Source of the DNA: Gemmatimonadota bacterium
Lineage (GTDB): Bacteria; Blakebacterota; Blakebacteria; Blakebacterales; Blakebacteraceae
NCBI GenBank assembly: GCA_030631625.1
Contig: DAOVKT010000003.1
Coordinates: 1 to 38,459 of the forward strand
Length of the DNA stretch: 38,459 nt
Direction of reading: 5' to 3'
The notes below the pieces were generated by a model. It saw nothing but the letters and a program-made list of their open reading frames with translations. It made no database searches and was not told the DNA's origin. A program made the position numbers and the translations under genes. Positions 22,612 to 32,300 of this stretch are shown in pieces. Numbering within the stretch: the stretch's first letter is position 1; every line of letters begins with the position of its first letter.

Positions 22612-22679
22612 ACACAAGCAGTTACAACCTTCGAGATACTAACAAATGATGTGGATAATTCCTCCTGAGGAGTGGATAA
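22612..22679. promoter_or_regulatory. DnaA-box pair with an IHF-like site downstream of gyrA
   Basis: TGTGGATAA at 22650 (perfect) and AGTGGATAA at 22671, 21 bp apart; ACACAAGCAGTTA at 22612. Confidence 0.6.
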
Positions 22680-22847
22680 GGAGTTATTAAAAGCATCAGA
22701 TTGGTGAAAAGGGGTGAAATGGAAGGATATTGTGTGTAATATTGACACGATAAACATCAACATCATGTTGCAGAATGACTACAAACGGGGTGAAACCAGA
22801 CGCATTCTCTGTCCGTAACATGCTTATAAAGCAACACTTGTTCCCGG

Positions 22848-22864
22848 TTGGCACGGAGTGTGCT
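22848..22864 (+). promoter_or_regulatory. Sigma-54 (-24/-12) promoter
   Basis: TTGGCACGGAGTGTGCT has GG-N10-GC spacing and one mismatch to TGGCACG-N4-TTGCW; it lies about 90 bp upstream of the ATG. Confidence 0.75.
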
Positions 22865-22951
22865 TGCATCTATGGATAGGTGGCATGCTGGAATGCACGC
22901 CTGAATTATCGGGCGCATGAAGTGTCCCAGATGCGGGCAAGGAGTCATTCA

Positions 22952-24682
22952 ATGAAGAGCATACGCTGGGCGGTTCCAATCCTGATTTATACGGTTGCCG
23001 CTACCGGCACGTCGGTGAAGGCAGCGCCAGGTAACGGCGAGAGCAAACTTGTGGGTTATTGGAGTACGCCGGTGGTGCAGGAAGGACCACGCCGGGTGAG
23101 GGGTGATTACAGAATAGAGAGGGGCGAGGTGGTCCGCAGAGACCTGATAGTTGAGGGCGGCACCTTGACGGTTGATGGCGAGGTCCGCGGCTGGGTAGTG
23201 GTCACCCACGGCGACGCATTTATTCGAGGTACGGTTCAGGGGCTCGTGGTAGTTCTCTATGGCGACGTGATGGTCCTTGATAGCGGGCTTGTACAGGGAG
23301 ACGCGGTCAGTGTTGAGGGGGATGTGATAATGAGGGGGTCCGGTGTGGTCACCGGCAGCAAGTGGACCACAACAAGGCAGGGTCTGGAGCGGCAGGGCCG
23401 TGACGTGGACTGGGCACGTGTGGTGCGTCAGTCAGGAGTCCTGGGCAGGGAGGAGGAGTTGGAACGCGAGTGGCCGCGAAGGGAGCGGGACTGGGATGTC
23501 GATTGGGATGACAGGTGGAATTACCGTCGGTGGACAGCCTATGAATTCGCATACACTGGCGACTTCCCGCTTGGATGGGTCTGCTACAACCGGGTTGATG
23601 GACTGACGGTCCAGGGAGAGATATTCAACAGCCAGCACGATTGGGGAAGCGCCGCAACCAGCTTTTACGGTGGTGCCGGCTACGCATTTGCAAGCAAGGA
23701 GCTTTACTACCGGCTCGGACTGAACCGCTTCTTCTTCCCTGGAACACCTGTCGAGCTCGGGATCTCGATGTACAGGCAGCTGGATACGGAAGACGCCTGG
23801 TATATAACGCCAAACGAAAACGACTTGAATGCTTTCCTGGCCCGCTACGACTGGTACGACTACTACAGAGTGGAAGGTATGCAGGCTCATCTCAGGTTCA
23901 GGCCTCAGAGGTGGCTGCAGCTGGGTGTTCGCTACGCCCAGGATACGGAGATGGTGGCCGAAAGGGTCACGAACTGGTCGATTTTCGGAGGGGACAGAGT
24001 ATTCAGAGAGAATAAATGGCTTACGACTTACGATCAGGACCCCGATCTGAGGGAATATTCCATAGCCGACGAGGGGGAGATCCGCCGCCTTGTATATTTC
24101 GTACGGCTCGACCTGACCTCAGGCAGCAGCAGGCGGCCGACACGGGGAGTGGTGGTTGACGCCACACTCGAGAAAGCGGAGCACCAGGGCATCGACGCCG
24201 GTGACCCATTCACATACGAGCGGCTGCTGATCAAACTGGAGGCATACCAGCGGCTGAGCCGGATCGACCACCTGGCCCTGCGCGTACGTGCGGGCTCGTC
24301 AACCGTGGAGACCTCCTACGCCCTCCCCGTGCAGCACCGGTACTACATGGGCGGTGTGGGAAGCCTGCGGGGTTACGATTTCAAACAGTTCAACGGGAAC
24401 CGGTTATTTCTCGGCACTCTGGAATACACACTCGGTGCCGACGGCTCGTCGCCCTTCTTCGGTGGCTGGGCTCTGACCTTCTTCTACGACTATGGGCTGG
24501 CATGGGACGCCGATCCCGAAGTTGAAATTGACAAGGAACTGACACCCGGGGAGGCCGTGCGGAGTATCGGTGCTGCAATCGCACCGTTCGGTTGGGGCGG
24601 TATGAGGATTGAGGTAGCCAAGCCGCTCGACACCGAGGGAAAAGGGCTCACCTATTACATCCGGTGGTCGTTTGATTTCTAA
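22952..24682 (+). CDS. Outer-membrane protein with N-terminal bactofilin-like beta-helix repeats fused to an Omp85-like barrel
   Basis: ATG 22952 follows AAGGAG; signal peptide; Val/Gly/Asp repeats (LTVDGEVRGWVVVTHGD, VQGLVVVLYGD, VQGDAVSVEGD); lid motif MGGVGSLRGY; FFYDYG; terminal WSFDF. Confidence 0.75.
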   Translation: MKSIRWAVPILIYTVAATGTSVKAAPGNGESKLVGYWSTPVVQEGPRRVRGDYRIERGEVVRRDLIVEGGTLTVDGEVRGWVVVTHGDAFIRGTVQGLVVVLYGDVMVLDSGLVQGDAVSVEGDVIMRGSGVVTGSKWTTTRQGLERQGRDVDWARVVRQSGVLGREEELEREWPRRERDWDVDWDDRWNYRRWTAYEFAYTGDFPLGWVCYNRVDGLTVQGEIFNSQHDWGSAATSFYGGAGYAFASKELYYRLGLNRFFFPGTPVELGISMYRQLDTEDAWYITPNENDLNAFLARYDWYDYYRVEGMQAHLRFRPQRWLQLGVRYAQDTEMVAERVTNWSIFGGDRVFRENKWLTTYDQDPDLREYSIADEGEIRRLVYFVRLDLTSGSSRRPTRGVVVDATLEKAEHQGIDAGDPFTYERLLIKLEAYQRLSRIDHLALRVRAGSSTVETSYALPVQHRYYMGGVGSLRGYDFKQFNGNRLFLGTLEYTLGADGSSPFFGGWALTFFYDYGLAWDADPEVEIDKELTPGEAVRSIGAAIAPFGWGGMRIEVAKPLDTEGKGLTYYIRWSFDF

Positions 24683-24717
24683 GTGCACCGCTCCGTAATT
24701 GCGGAACGGTGTACTAA
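24680..24717. repeat. 32-bp palindromic element, copy 2, flanked by TAA direct repeats (the left TAA is the stop codon)
   Basis: TAA-GTGCACCGCTCCGTAATTGCGGAACGGTGTAC-TAA. Confidence 0.88.
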
Positions 24718-24723
24718 CGAATA

Positions 24724-24751
24724 CAAGTGTAATTGCGGAATGGTGTACCAA
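24724..24751. repeat. Internally deleted copy 3 of the palindromic element, flanked by CAA direct repeats
   Basis: CAA-GTG[10 bp missing]TAATTGCGGAATGGTGTAC-CAA. Confidence 0.75.
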
Positions 24752-24763
24752 GGGAGTGGTTCG

Positions 24764-25636
24764 ATGAATAGAAGCGAAATACAGGCACTGAAAACCCTGC
24801 TGGTGACGGTGCTGCTGTTGCTGGTTGCAAGTACCCTGCTATTTGCTCAGAGTCCGCCCCAGGTGATTACAAAGTCCTTCACCCCGGATACAGATCGCCC
24901 GCTCCAGGTGAAAATCAGGGGTGACGGGGCGGAGATCACGCTCGAGAGCGTGGCCCGGAGCAGGCAGGGGAGGGCGCGATACCGTTACGATGAAGAGCAT
25001 TTTTCGGGCACACTCGAATGGGAGCCGGAAAGTAACAGATTCGAAGTCTTTCTCGATATGGATCTGGTCGGCTTCGATACCGATGACGAGGAGCACGAAT
25101 CGGAGCTTGAGGTGCTCCTCCCGCGCAGGCCCGAGATTGACCTCGATGTATCGCTCAAGGCTGGAATCATTTCACTCGACGGTGAGCAGCTTACCTTTGA
25201 CAATCTGAATCTTTCTCTGTGGGCCGGCGAGCTGAAGGCGTCGTTTCCGACCCTGTCGAATAAGGTAATCGACAGGGTGGAAATGGATGTTAAACTGGGG
25301 GAGCTACACCTGAAAGGGCTGGGCAACCTGGCGTTTGAGGAACTGGATGTCAACGGGTTCGCAGGGGAGATGATACTGGATTTCCGCGGTACGTTGTCGA
25401 TGAGGCGGGAGGCCAGGATAGACCTGGAAATAGGTACTATAACCGTCGTAGTACCTAAGGGCATGACGGTTCAGGCCAGGGTGAGTAAGCTGGGCTTCCT
25501 GGCCCAAGTCAACGTTCCCGATGGGTGGAGAAGGGATGGAAGGTATATCTACTCGCCAGGTGCAAGAAGGGGCGAGGCAGATCTGAGACTGGTCATTCGG
25601 GGTGGAATCGGCGAAATAGCTATCGAAGAGCGATAG
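24764..25636 (+). CDS. Secreted beta-solenoid protein, LiaF/DUF2154/DUF4097-like
   Basis: ATG 24764 follows GGGAG; signal peptide ending LFAQ; repeated units LDVSLKAG, LNLSLWAGEL, VEMDVKLGEL, LDVNGFAGEM and IDLEIGTITVVVP. Confidence 0.7.
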   Translation: MNRSEIQALKTLLVTVLLLLVASTLLFAQSPPQVITKSFTPDTDRPLQVKIRGDGAEITLESVARSRQGRARYRYDEEHFSGTLEWEPESNRFEVFLDMDLVGFDTDDEEHESELEVLLPRRPEIDLDVSLKAGIISLDGEQLTFDNLNLSLWAGELKASFPTLSNKVIDRVEMDVKLGELHLKGLGNLAFEELDVNGFAGEMILDFRGTLSMRREARIDLEIGTITVVVPKGMTVQARVSKLGFLAQVNVPDGWRRDGRYIYSPGARRGEADLRLVIRGGIGEIAIEER

Positions 25637-25668
25637 AGCTTGCTACCTCGACATATGTGGGGGGTCGA

Positions 25669-26337
25669 GTGTCTCACAGGCTGGGCGTTCTAATAATCGC
25701 AGCTGCACTCGTACCGGCGGCGGCTTCCGGACAGGAGCCCGACCCGGCGGTCGTTATCGGTGAGGTGTGGCGTCACGAGGGTGAGTTCCGATTCTCCGTT
25801 ACTGCGACCGGGCTCTTCGACGAGGAGGCTCAGCGGACGATAAGGCAGGGCGGTACAACTGCCCTCGACTTCACCTTCGAGCTCTACCGCCGGCGTGCGG
25901 GTTGGTTTGACACGATAGTCTATACGCTCCCGGTTCCTTTCAGTATCAATTACGACGCATTCGACCGCACATACAGGCTGTTTGGCCGTGATATTCGCCT
26001 GAAGACAGAGGACTTTGACGAGATCGTTACCCAGTGCACCCAGCTGGAAGGTGTCTCGATGGGGTTGATGGAGGAGCTGGGGCTCGATATAAATGCAACT
26101 TATTACCTGGTGGTGCGGGTCAGCTATCAGCCGATGACGGTGAAGACCATTAATGAACTCCGCGACTGGATGACCAAACCGGGCAATCAGACCCGCGAGC
26201 AGGAGCGGAGCGGCAGGACCTCCTCCGGAGTGGGCTCGAGGCTTGCGCGCGCTCTGATGAGCGCTGCAGGCTATGGGGAAGTGGAACTTCACGGTGAGAG
26301 CGCGCGGTTCAGGCCGGTCGACCTTCCGGAGCGTTAG
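25669..26337 (+). CDS. DUF4390-like periplasmic protein
   Basis: GTG start with a signal peptide; FTFELYRRRAGWFD and INYDAFDRTY motifs; directly upstream of an NtrY-like kinase, the usual context for this family. Confidence 0.7.
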   Translation: MSHRLGVLIIAAALVPAAASGQEPDPAVVIGEVWRHEGEFRFSVTATGLFDEEAQRTIRQGGTTALDFTFELYRRRAGWFDTIVYTLPVPFSINYDAFDRTYRLFGRDIRLKTEDFDEIVTQCTQLEGVSMGLMEELGLDINATYYLVVRVSYQPMTVKTINELRDWMTKPGNQTREQERSGRTSSGVGSRLARALMSAAGYGEVELHGESARFRPVDLPER

Positions 26338-26340
26338 CTA

Positions 26341-28020
26341 GTGCCGAGCTCTTCTCTGCCTCCTGTTTATATTTTCTTTGCCTGGGTCGTCTTCCTCACA
26401 TTTGCAATTACCGTGGTTGTTTTCTACCGATGGAGGCGTCCCAGGCGTTACAGCAGATTCCAGCTTAAGCTCACACTCGCCCTGATCCTGTTTCTACTGA
26501 TTCCTACTGCACCCCTTGTCTTTGTGGCTGGAACTGCGGTCGACCAGGTGAGGGGGTTCTTCGTCGCCCTACCCGTGGACGATGCGATGGAGAGCGGTCT
26601 TGACGTGGTCCGGCTCGCCCTGACCGGCGAGGAAACTCGCCTTCGGGCATGGTGCGAAGTGGTCACAGACGAGGCCGAGGGAGTGGGTGGTGGGTTTGAA
26701 CCTGTGGATTTCACAATGCGGTTCGGTCGAGGAGAGGACGGAGTGTGGGGAATGGAGGCGTTTCAACCCGCAGGGGCAAGCGCAGGGGCCGATTACGATT
26801 CCCTTATGACAGATCCTCCCGATCCCCGTCTGGAGCGTCCGCAGGTACTGGAGGATGTTGAGTTTACATGGGATGAGCGCACGCTTTTCCACTATCGCGA
26901 CCGGGGTGTCTATATGGCTCTGGTCAGGCCTTCAGAAAATGCGGCGATAGAGGGAGCCGGGATCTGGGTTGATTCCAGGATAGTCGAGGCCAGGTATGCG
27001 CTTGACGAAGGTCTGGTGAGCTTCCGGAGCATAATTATGCTAGGAGCAGGGCTGCAGGAAGGGCTGTGGATATTGGCAAGCCTCTGGCTTGTTGTACTGA
27101 CCATCAGTGCTTTCTTCGCGGCACGTCTGCTGGCGAAAGGCGTTAGTGAGCCGGTCGTTGAGCTGGCCAAAGGTATGGCTGCGGTAGCCGATGGTGATCT
27201 GAATGTACGCGTTGACGTCAATGCTCAAGATGAGATGCTGGTCCTTCTCGATTCATTCAATACCATGACCGACCAGCTCAAGGAGGCACGCGAACGCATT
27301 GTCATGGTCGAGAAACAGGCCGCCTGGAGAGATGTGGCACGCGGGATCGCTCATGAGATCAAAAATCCTCTGACACCCATACAGATCGGACTCCACCGTG
27401 TGCGGACACGCCTGGAATCAGATGGGACATGGGAGACCGATCCCGCTCTGCGGGATTCAATACAGACGATGAGCGAGGAGGTTGAGGCTTTGCGGCGGAT
27501 GGCGGCCTCCTTCAGCGAGTTCGCCCAGCTCCCACAGCCGAAAATGGAGAAGGCGGACCTGGAGATGGTGGTCAGGAGTGCTGTAGCGCTGTTCCAGGAG
27601 GGTTACGCGAAAGCGAGGTTGAATGTACGGGTGATCGGCCAGATCCCGGCACTCAAGATGGACTCGGACCTTGTTAAAAGGGCATTCATCAACCTGGTGA
27701 AGAATGCGGTTGAATCTGTTGAGGCCGCGGGAGGAGGGGATGTGGATGTGGTGATGGAGCGGCGCGGTGATGATGTGGTGGTGGAGGTGCGGGACAGCGG
27801 TATCGGTTTTAAACCGGATGATGCGGCCAAACTCTTCTACCCCAACTACTCCACCAAGTCGAAGGGGACTGGTCTGGGATTGTCAATGGTGGCAAGGATT
27901 GTAGCGGATCATTCATGGCAGATCGCAGCCGAAAGCGAGGGGCCTGATTCGGGGGCGGTAATAAGAATTCGCATCAGCCTGGAAGAAGAGGAGATCTCCG
28001 AGCCTCTGGAGGGCCTTTGA
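26341..28020 (+). CDS. NtrY-like HAMP sensor histidine kinase, no PAS domain evident
   Basis: Three transmembrane helices, periplasmic loop and HAMP domain; AWRDVARGIAHEIKNPLTPIQ H-box; NLVKNA, DSGIG and STKSKGTGLGL. Confidence 0.93.
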   Translation: MPSSSLPPVYIFFAWVVFLTFAITVVVFYRWRRPRRYSRFQLKLTLALILFLLIPTAPLVFVAGTAVDQVRGFFVALPVDDAMESGLDVVRLALTGEETRLRAWCEVVTDEAEGVGGGFEPVDFTMRFGRGEDGVWGMEAFQPAGASAGADYDSLMTDPPDPRLERPQVLEDVEFTWDERTLFHYRDRGVYMALVRPSENAAIEGAGIWVDSRIVEARYALDEGLVSFRSIIMLGAGLQEGLWILASLWLVVLTISAFFAARLLAKGVSEPVVELAKGMAAVADGDLNVRVDVNAQDEMLVLLDSFNTMTDQLKEARERIVMVEKQAAWRDVARGIAHEIKNPLTPIQIGLHRVRTRLESDGTWETDPALRDSIQTMSEEVEALRRMAASFSEFAQLPQPKMEKADLEMVVRSAVALFQEGYAKARLNVRVIGQIPALKMDSDLVKRAFINLVKNAVESVEAAGGGDVDVVMERRGDDVVVEVRDSGIGFKPDDAAKLFYPNYSTKSKGTGLGLSMVARIVADHSWQIAAESEGPDSGAVIRIRISLEEEEISEPLEGL

Positions 28021-29378
28021 TGAACGGAACGGTATTGATCATTGACGATGAAGATGGCGTCCGCCGAAGCCTGCGCGGACTGCTGGAGGATGAAGGCTAC
28101 TATGTGGCAGATGCACCTTCAGGTGAAGAAGGGCTCCAGGTAGCTGATGAGGTCTCACCCGATCTGATCATGCTCGACGTGGTACTGGGAGGCATAGACG
28201 GGCTTGAGGTGCTGGCCCGGCTGATAGAAAAGGGATACAGGTATCCTGTCATCATGATGTCGGGTCAAGCAACTCTGGAGAACGCTGTCAAGGCGACCCG
28301 GCTGGGTGCGACGAACTTTCTTGAGAAGCCTCTGACGGCTGAGAAGGTACTGGCGGAGGTGTCCACGGCGGTAGAGCTGGCGAGGCTGCGCCGGGAGAAC
28401 GAGAGCCTGAAGGTAGAAATGGGCCGTCGTCATACAATGGTCGGGGAATCGCCTGTCATGCAGAGGCTGCGCGAGAGGATCAGGAAAGTAGCACCTACAA
28501 GGGCGACGGTGCTCATTATGGGAGAAAGTGGAACAGGCAAAGAGCTTGTTGCCCGCGCGGTGCATGCATACAGCGACCGGCCAGATCAACCTTTCATACA
28601 GGTGAATTGTGCCGCCATCCCCACCGATCTCATCGAATCCGAGCTGTTCGGGCATGAAAAGGGCGCCTTCACCGGCGCCGCCTCGATGCACCGCGGCCGC
28701 TTCGAGCAGGCGGACGGTGGAAGCATCTTTCTGGACGAGGTGGCGGATATGAGCCTCGAGACGCAGGCGAGGTTACTCAGGGTGCTCCAGGAGGGGGAGG
28801 TGCAGCGGGTGGGGAGCGAGAAAGTGCTTGTAGTCGATGTGAGGGTTATTGCAGCCTCCAACCAGAACCTCGGTCTCATGATGGAGGAGGGGGGGTTCCG
28901 CGAGGACCTGTACTACAGGTTGAATGTGCTCCCGATACAGGTACCGCCCCTGAGCGATCGGCTCGAGGATATTCCTAAGCTGGCCGGGGAGTTCATTTCG
29001 CACTTCGCGCGCGTAGACAATCGCCACCCGATAGAGCTGACCGACCAGGGCATCGAAGCTCTGATGACATGTGAATGGCCGGGGAATGTGCGGGAGCTGA
29101 GGAACGCCGTGGAGAGGCTGATGATTCTATACGAGGGCATGAGCATAGGAGGGCGGGAGGTGGAAGAGGTCCTTCCGTTGGCTAGAAGGCGGGGCCCGTC
29201 GCCTGTTGAGGAAGATGATGTCGGACAGAGCCTTCGTGAAAGGGTGGAGGCCTTCGAAGCGAACCTCCTTGTGCGCGAGCTCGAGAAGAGCGGCGGCGTG
29301 GTTTCGCGGGTTGCAGAGAGCTTAAACACCGATAGGGCCAATCTGTACAGGAAGCTGAAGCGGTACGGATTGAAATGA
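28020..29378 (+). CDS. Sigma-54-dependent response regulator (NtrC/NtrX-like; receiver, AAA+, HTH)
   Basis: IIDDE, LIMLD and LEKP receiver motifs; GESGTGKE, ESELFGHEKGAFTGA, FLDEV and WPGNVRELRN; Fis-type HTH LYRKLKRYG. Confidence 0.95.
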   Translation: MNGTVLIIDDEDGVRRSLRGLLEDEGYYVADAPSGEEGLQVADEVSPDLIMLDVVLGGIDGLEVLARLIEKGYRYPVIMMSGQATLENAVKATRLGATNFLEKPLTAEKVLAEVSTAVELARLRRENESLKVEMGRRHTMVGESPVMQRLRERIRKVAPTRATVLIMGESGTGKELVARAVHAYSDRPDQPFIQVNCAAIPTDLIESELFGHEKGAFTGAASMHRGRFEQADGGSIFLDEVADMSLETQARLLRVLQEGEVQRVGSEKVLVVDVRVIAASNQNLGLMMEEGGFREDLYYRLNVLPIQVPPLSDRLEDIPKLAGEFISHFARVDNRHPIELTDQGIEALMTCEWPGNVRELRNAVERLMILYEGMSIGGREVEEVLPLARRRGPSPVEEDDVGQSLRERVEAFEANLLVRELEKSGGVVSRVAESLNTDRANLYRKLKRYGLK

Positions 29379-32300
29379 GACCTGCAGAAAGCGCCGCCCC
29401 CCTTCCGTTGCTGGATGAATGGCGGGTGGCGATAACAGGAACACAATTCTTCCAGACTATACTTGATCGCGTTGAACGGGGAGCGAGATTCGAGATTCCG
29501 GCACTACCCGGTTCTTTGAAAACAGTCCTTCTGGCGGCGGTTGTCGAGGAACAGTCCCACTCCGGGCTCCTTGCCATTCTGCCGGATCCGGATCAGGCCG
29601 AGGAGGCGGCCCTCGACTTTTCGGCACTTCTGGGAGATGAGGCTGTGCGACTGCTGCCTCCCTGGCCCTACGAAGCCTATGAAGAGCTCAGTCCCTCTCC
29701 GTTGCTCTCCTTCGAAAGACATGATGCACTTATCAGTCTCAGCCGGCTCGGTGGTGCAGTCGACGCCGAAAGGGGCACCAGGGCAGGTGTTGGACGGGTT
29801 GTAGTAACGTCTGCACGTGCGCTGACAATATGGTCGGCTGGTTCTGCTGAACTGCAGGCCCGGGAAATATCCCTTGTGGAGGGTGAGGAACAAGAGTTTG
29901 AAGGGTTGATAGCTGGCCTTTCCCTTCTGGGGTATGAACGAAACGAGATGGTTGAAGGGCCGGCCGAGTTCTCGGTTCGCGGGGGGTTGATAGATGTATC
30001 GCCTCCCCGCCGGGACCATGGGGTCAGGGTGGAATTCTGGGGCGATGGAATCGAATCTATACGCGAATTCAGGCTGCCCGACCAGAGGGCGGTTGGAGGA
30101 TTGGGGCGTGTGCGCATTCCTCCGGTGCACGAGGTGCCCTTTGGCCAGGATGCACGCGCACATGCGTTGGAAAGGGCCGGCAGGGACCTCGACGGTGGGC
30201 TGGTGCCAGACACACCCCTGGAGAGAGCGCTGGAACGGGAGCAGTTGTGGGAGGGCCTGGAATGGTATTTGCCGCTGTTTGTTGAAACACCGGCGACCGT
30301 CGCCGACCTGCTCCCCACCGATTCGGTGGTGGCGATCTGGGAGCCCGAGCGGGTGAGAGAAGTTGTGAAGGATCTGCACAGGCAGGCCGCAGACAGCTAT
30401 TCGGCGGTCAAGGAACAGGAGGGGTGGCTCCCCCCAGAGAAGATCCTGACGCCTGTTGATATCGTTGACGGCATCAGGGGCTCCTTCCGTGGTATCGACC
30501 TTACTCTGGTCGCCTCACCGGGGGCAGAGACAGTCCGTACAGATGCAGGCAGGGCACCGGCCGTTACAGGTGATTTCGATGGACTGAGGGGAGAGATCGG
30601 GCGCCTGCGCCGCAAAGGTATTATCCCGACAATCCTGGTTGAGGGGGAAGGGCAGCAGCGCCGACTTGAGGACCTGCTGGGGGGAGAGGATGAAGGTGGC
30701 CCGCGGCTCAGGCTGGGACAGCTGGGAGAGGGATTCGTGTGGAGCGAAGCTGGATTGGCGATCTGGCCTGACCATGAGTTATTCCGGAGGCCCCGGCGGA
30801 GCCGTCCCGTGCGTATCCGGGGCGGAGGGGTGATCCGATCGTACCGCTCCCTGAATCCGGGGGATCTGGTGGTGCACGTCAATCACGGGATAGGTCGCTT
30901 CGAGGGGCTTCGAAGCCTTGAAGTAGACGGAGTTCCAACGGAACTGCTGGAGATCGTGTATGCGGGAGGCGACAGGCTTCTGGTACCGATAGATCAGATG
31001 GCACGTGTACAGCGCTATATCGGGGCCGACCCCGATGCGGCGCCGTCGCTGAATACGCTTGGTGGAGCAGGTTGGCAGAGAACTGTTGAACGGGCCAGGA
31101 CCGACCTTTTTGAGATGGCTGAAGAACTTGCCGGATTGTATGCGATCAGAAAGACGGCCGGCGGTACCGCCTATCCCACCGATGACCTCTTCATGGAGGA
31201 GCTTGAAGCCTCTTTTCCCTATACGGAAACTCCCGATCAGTCCGGTGCGGTCCAGGATGTCAAAAGAGATCTGGAGTCACATCAGAACATGGATCGTCTC
31301 ATATGCGGGGATGTGGGGTACGGGAAGACAGAGGTAGCCATACGGGCGGCGCTCAAGGTGATTGAGGGAGGCAGCCAGGTCGCGGTGCTCGTACCGACCA
31401 CCGTCCTGGCCCAGCAGCACCTTGAGACATTCAGGGCGCGCCTGGATGGATTCCCCGTGCGTGTAGAGATGCTGAGCCGCTTCCGGACCAGGGCTCAGCA
31501 GGGACGCACATTGGAGAATCTTTCATCTGGCCGCACAGATCTTGTAATCGGCACACACAGGCTTCTGAGCAGTGATGTATCCTTTTCCCGTCTGGGCCTT
31601 ATAGTAATTGACGAGGAACATCGTTTCGGCGTCCGGGCAAAGGAGAGGTTGAAATCTATCCGCGCACAGGTGGATGTGTTGAGCCTGACGGCCACCCCTA
31701 TACCGCGGACCCTGCACATGTCGCTTCTCGGGATACGCGACATATCGATTATCACCACGCCGCCCGAAGACCGGCTGCCCATTCATACAGAGGTTGTAAA
31801 GTTCGATGAGGGGATCATAGAGACAGCGATCCGAAGGGAGATGGAACGAGGCGGTCAGGTCTTCTTTGTTCACAACCGGATCCAATCTATAGATTCCGCA
31901 GTCCGCCTGGTCGAGCGCCTGGTCCCCGAGGCGCGAGTGGGGCTGGCACATGGCCAGATGAAAGAGGGCAGGCTGGAAATGGCAATGCTCGAGTTCGCCT
32001 CGGGGGGAACCGATGTGCTCGTCTCCACGATGATCATAGAATCCGGCCTCGATCTGCCGAACGCGAATACACTTCTGGTAAACCGCGCAGACAGGCTCGG
32101 CCTTGCACAGCTCTATCAGCTCAGGGGAAGGGTGGGGCGGTCGAGCCAGAAGGCGTACACCTACTTCCTTGTACCACATGGACGCCGTCTGACCAGAGAT
32201 GCGAGACGAAGGCTGCAGGCTGTACAGGAATACTCGGAGCTGGGAGCCGGCCTTCACCTGGCGATGCGTGATCTTGAAATCAGGGGAGCCGGGAACCTGC

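Noticed and set aside
22881-22896. Second sigma-54-like motif TGGCATG...ATGC
   Set aside because: Spacing is GG-N11-GC rather than the required N10.
24680-24751. CRISPR or integron attC interpretation of the tandem palindromes
   Set aside because: There are only two units, 6 bp apart, with no spacers, no cas or intI genes and no GTTRRRY cores.
24683-24763. N-terminal extension MHRSVIAERCTN of ORF 24683..25636
   Set aside because: It is read through the palindromic repeats; ATG 24764 has a ribosome-binding site and a signal peptide.
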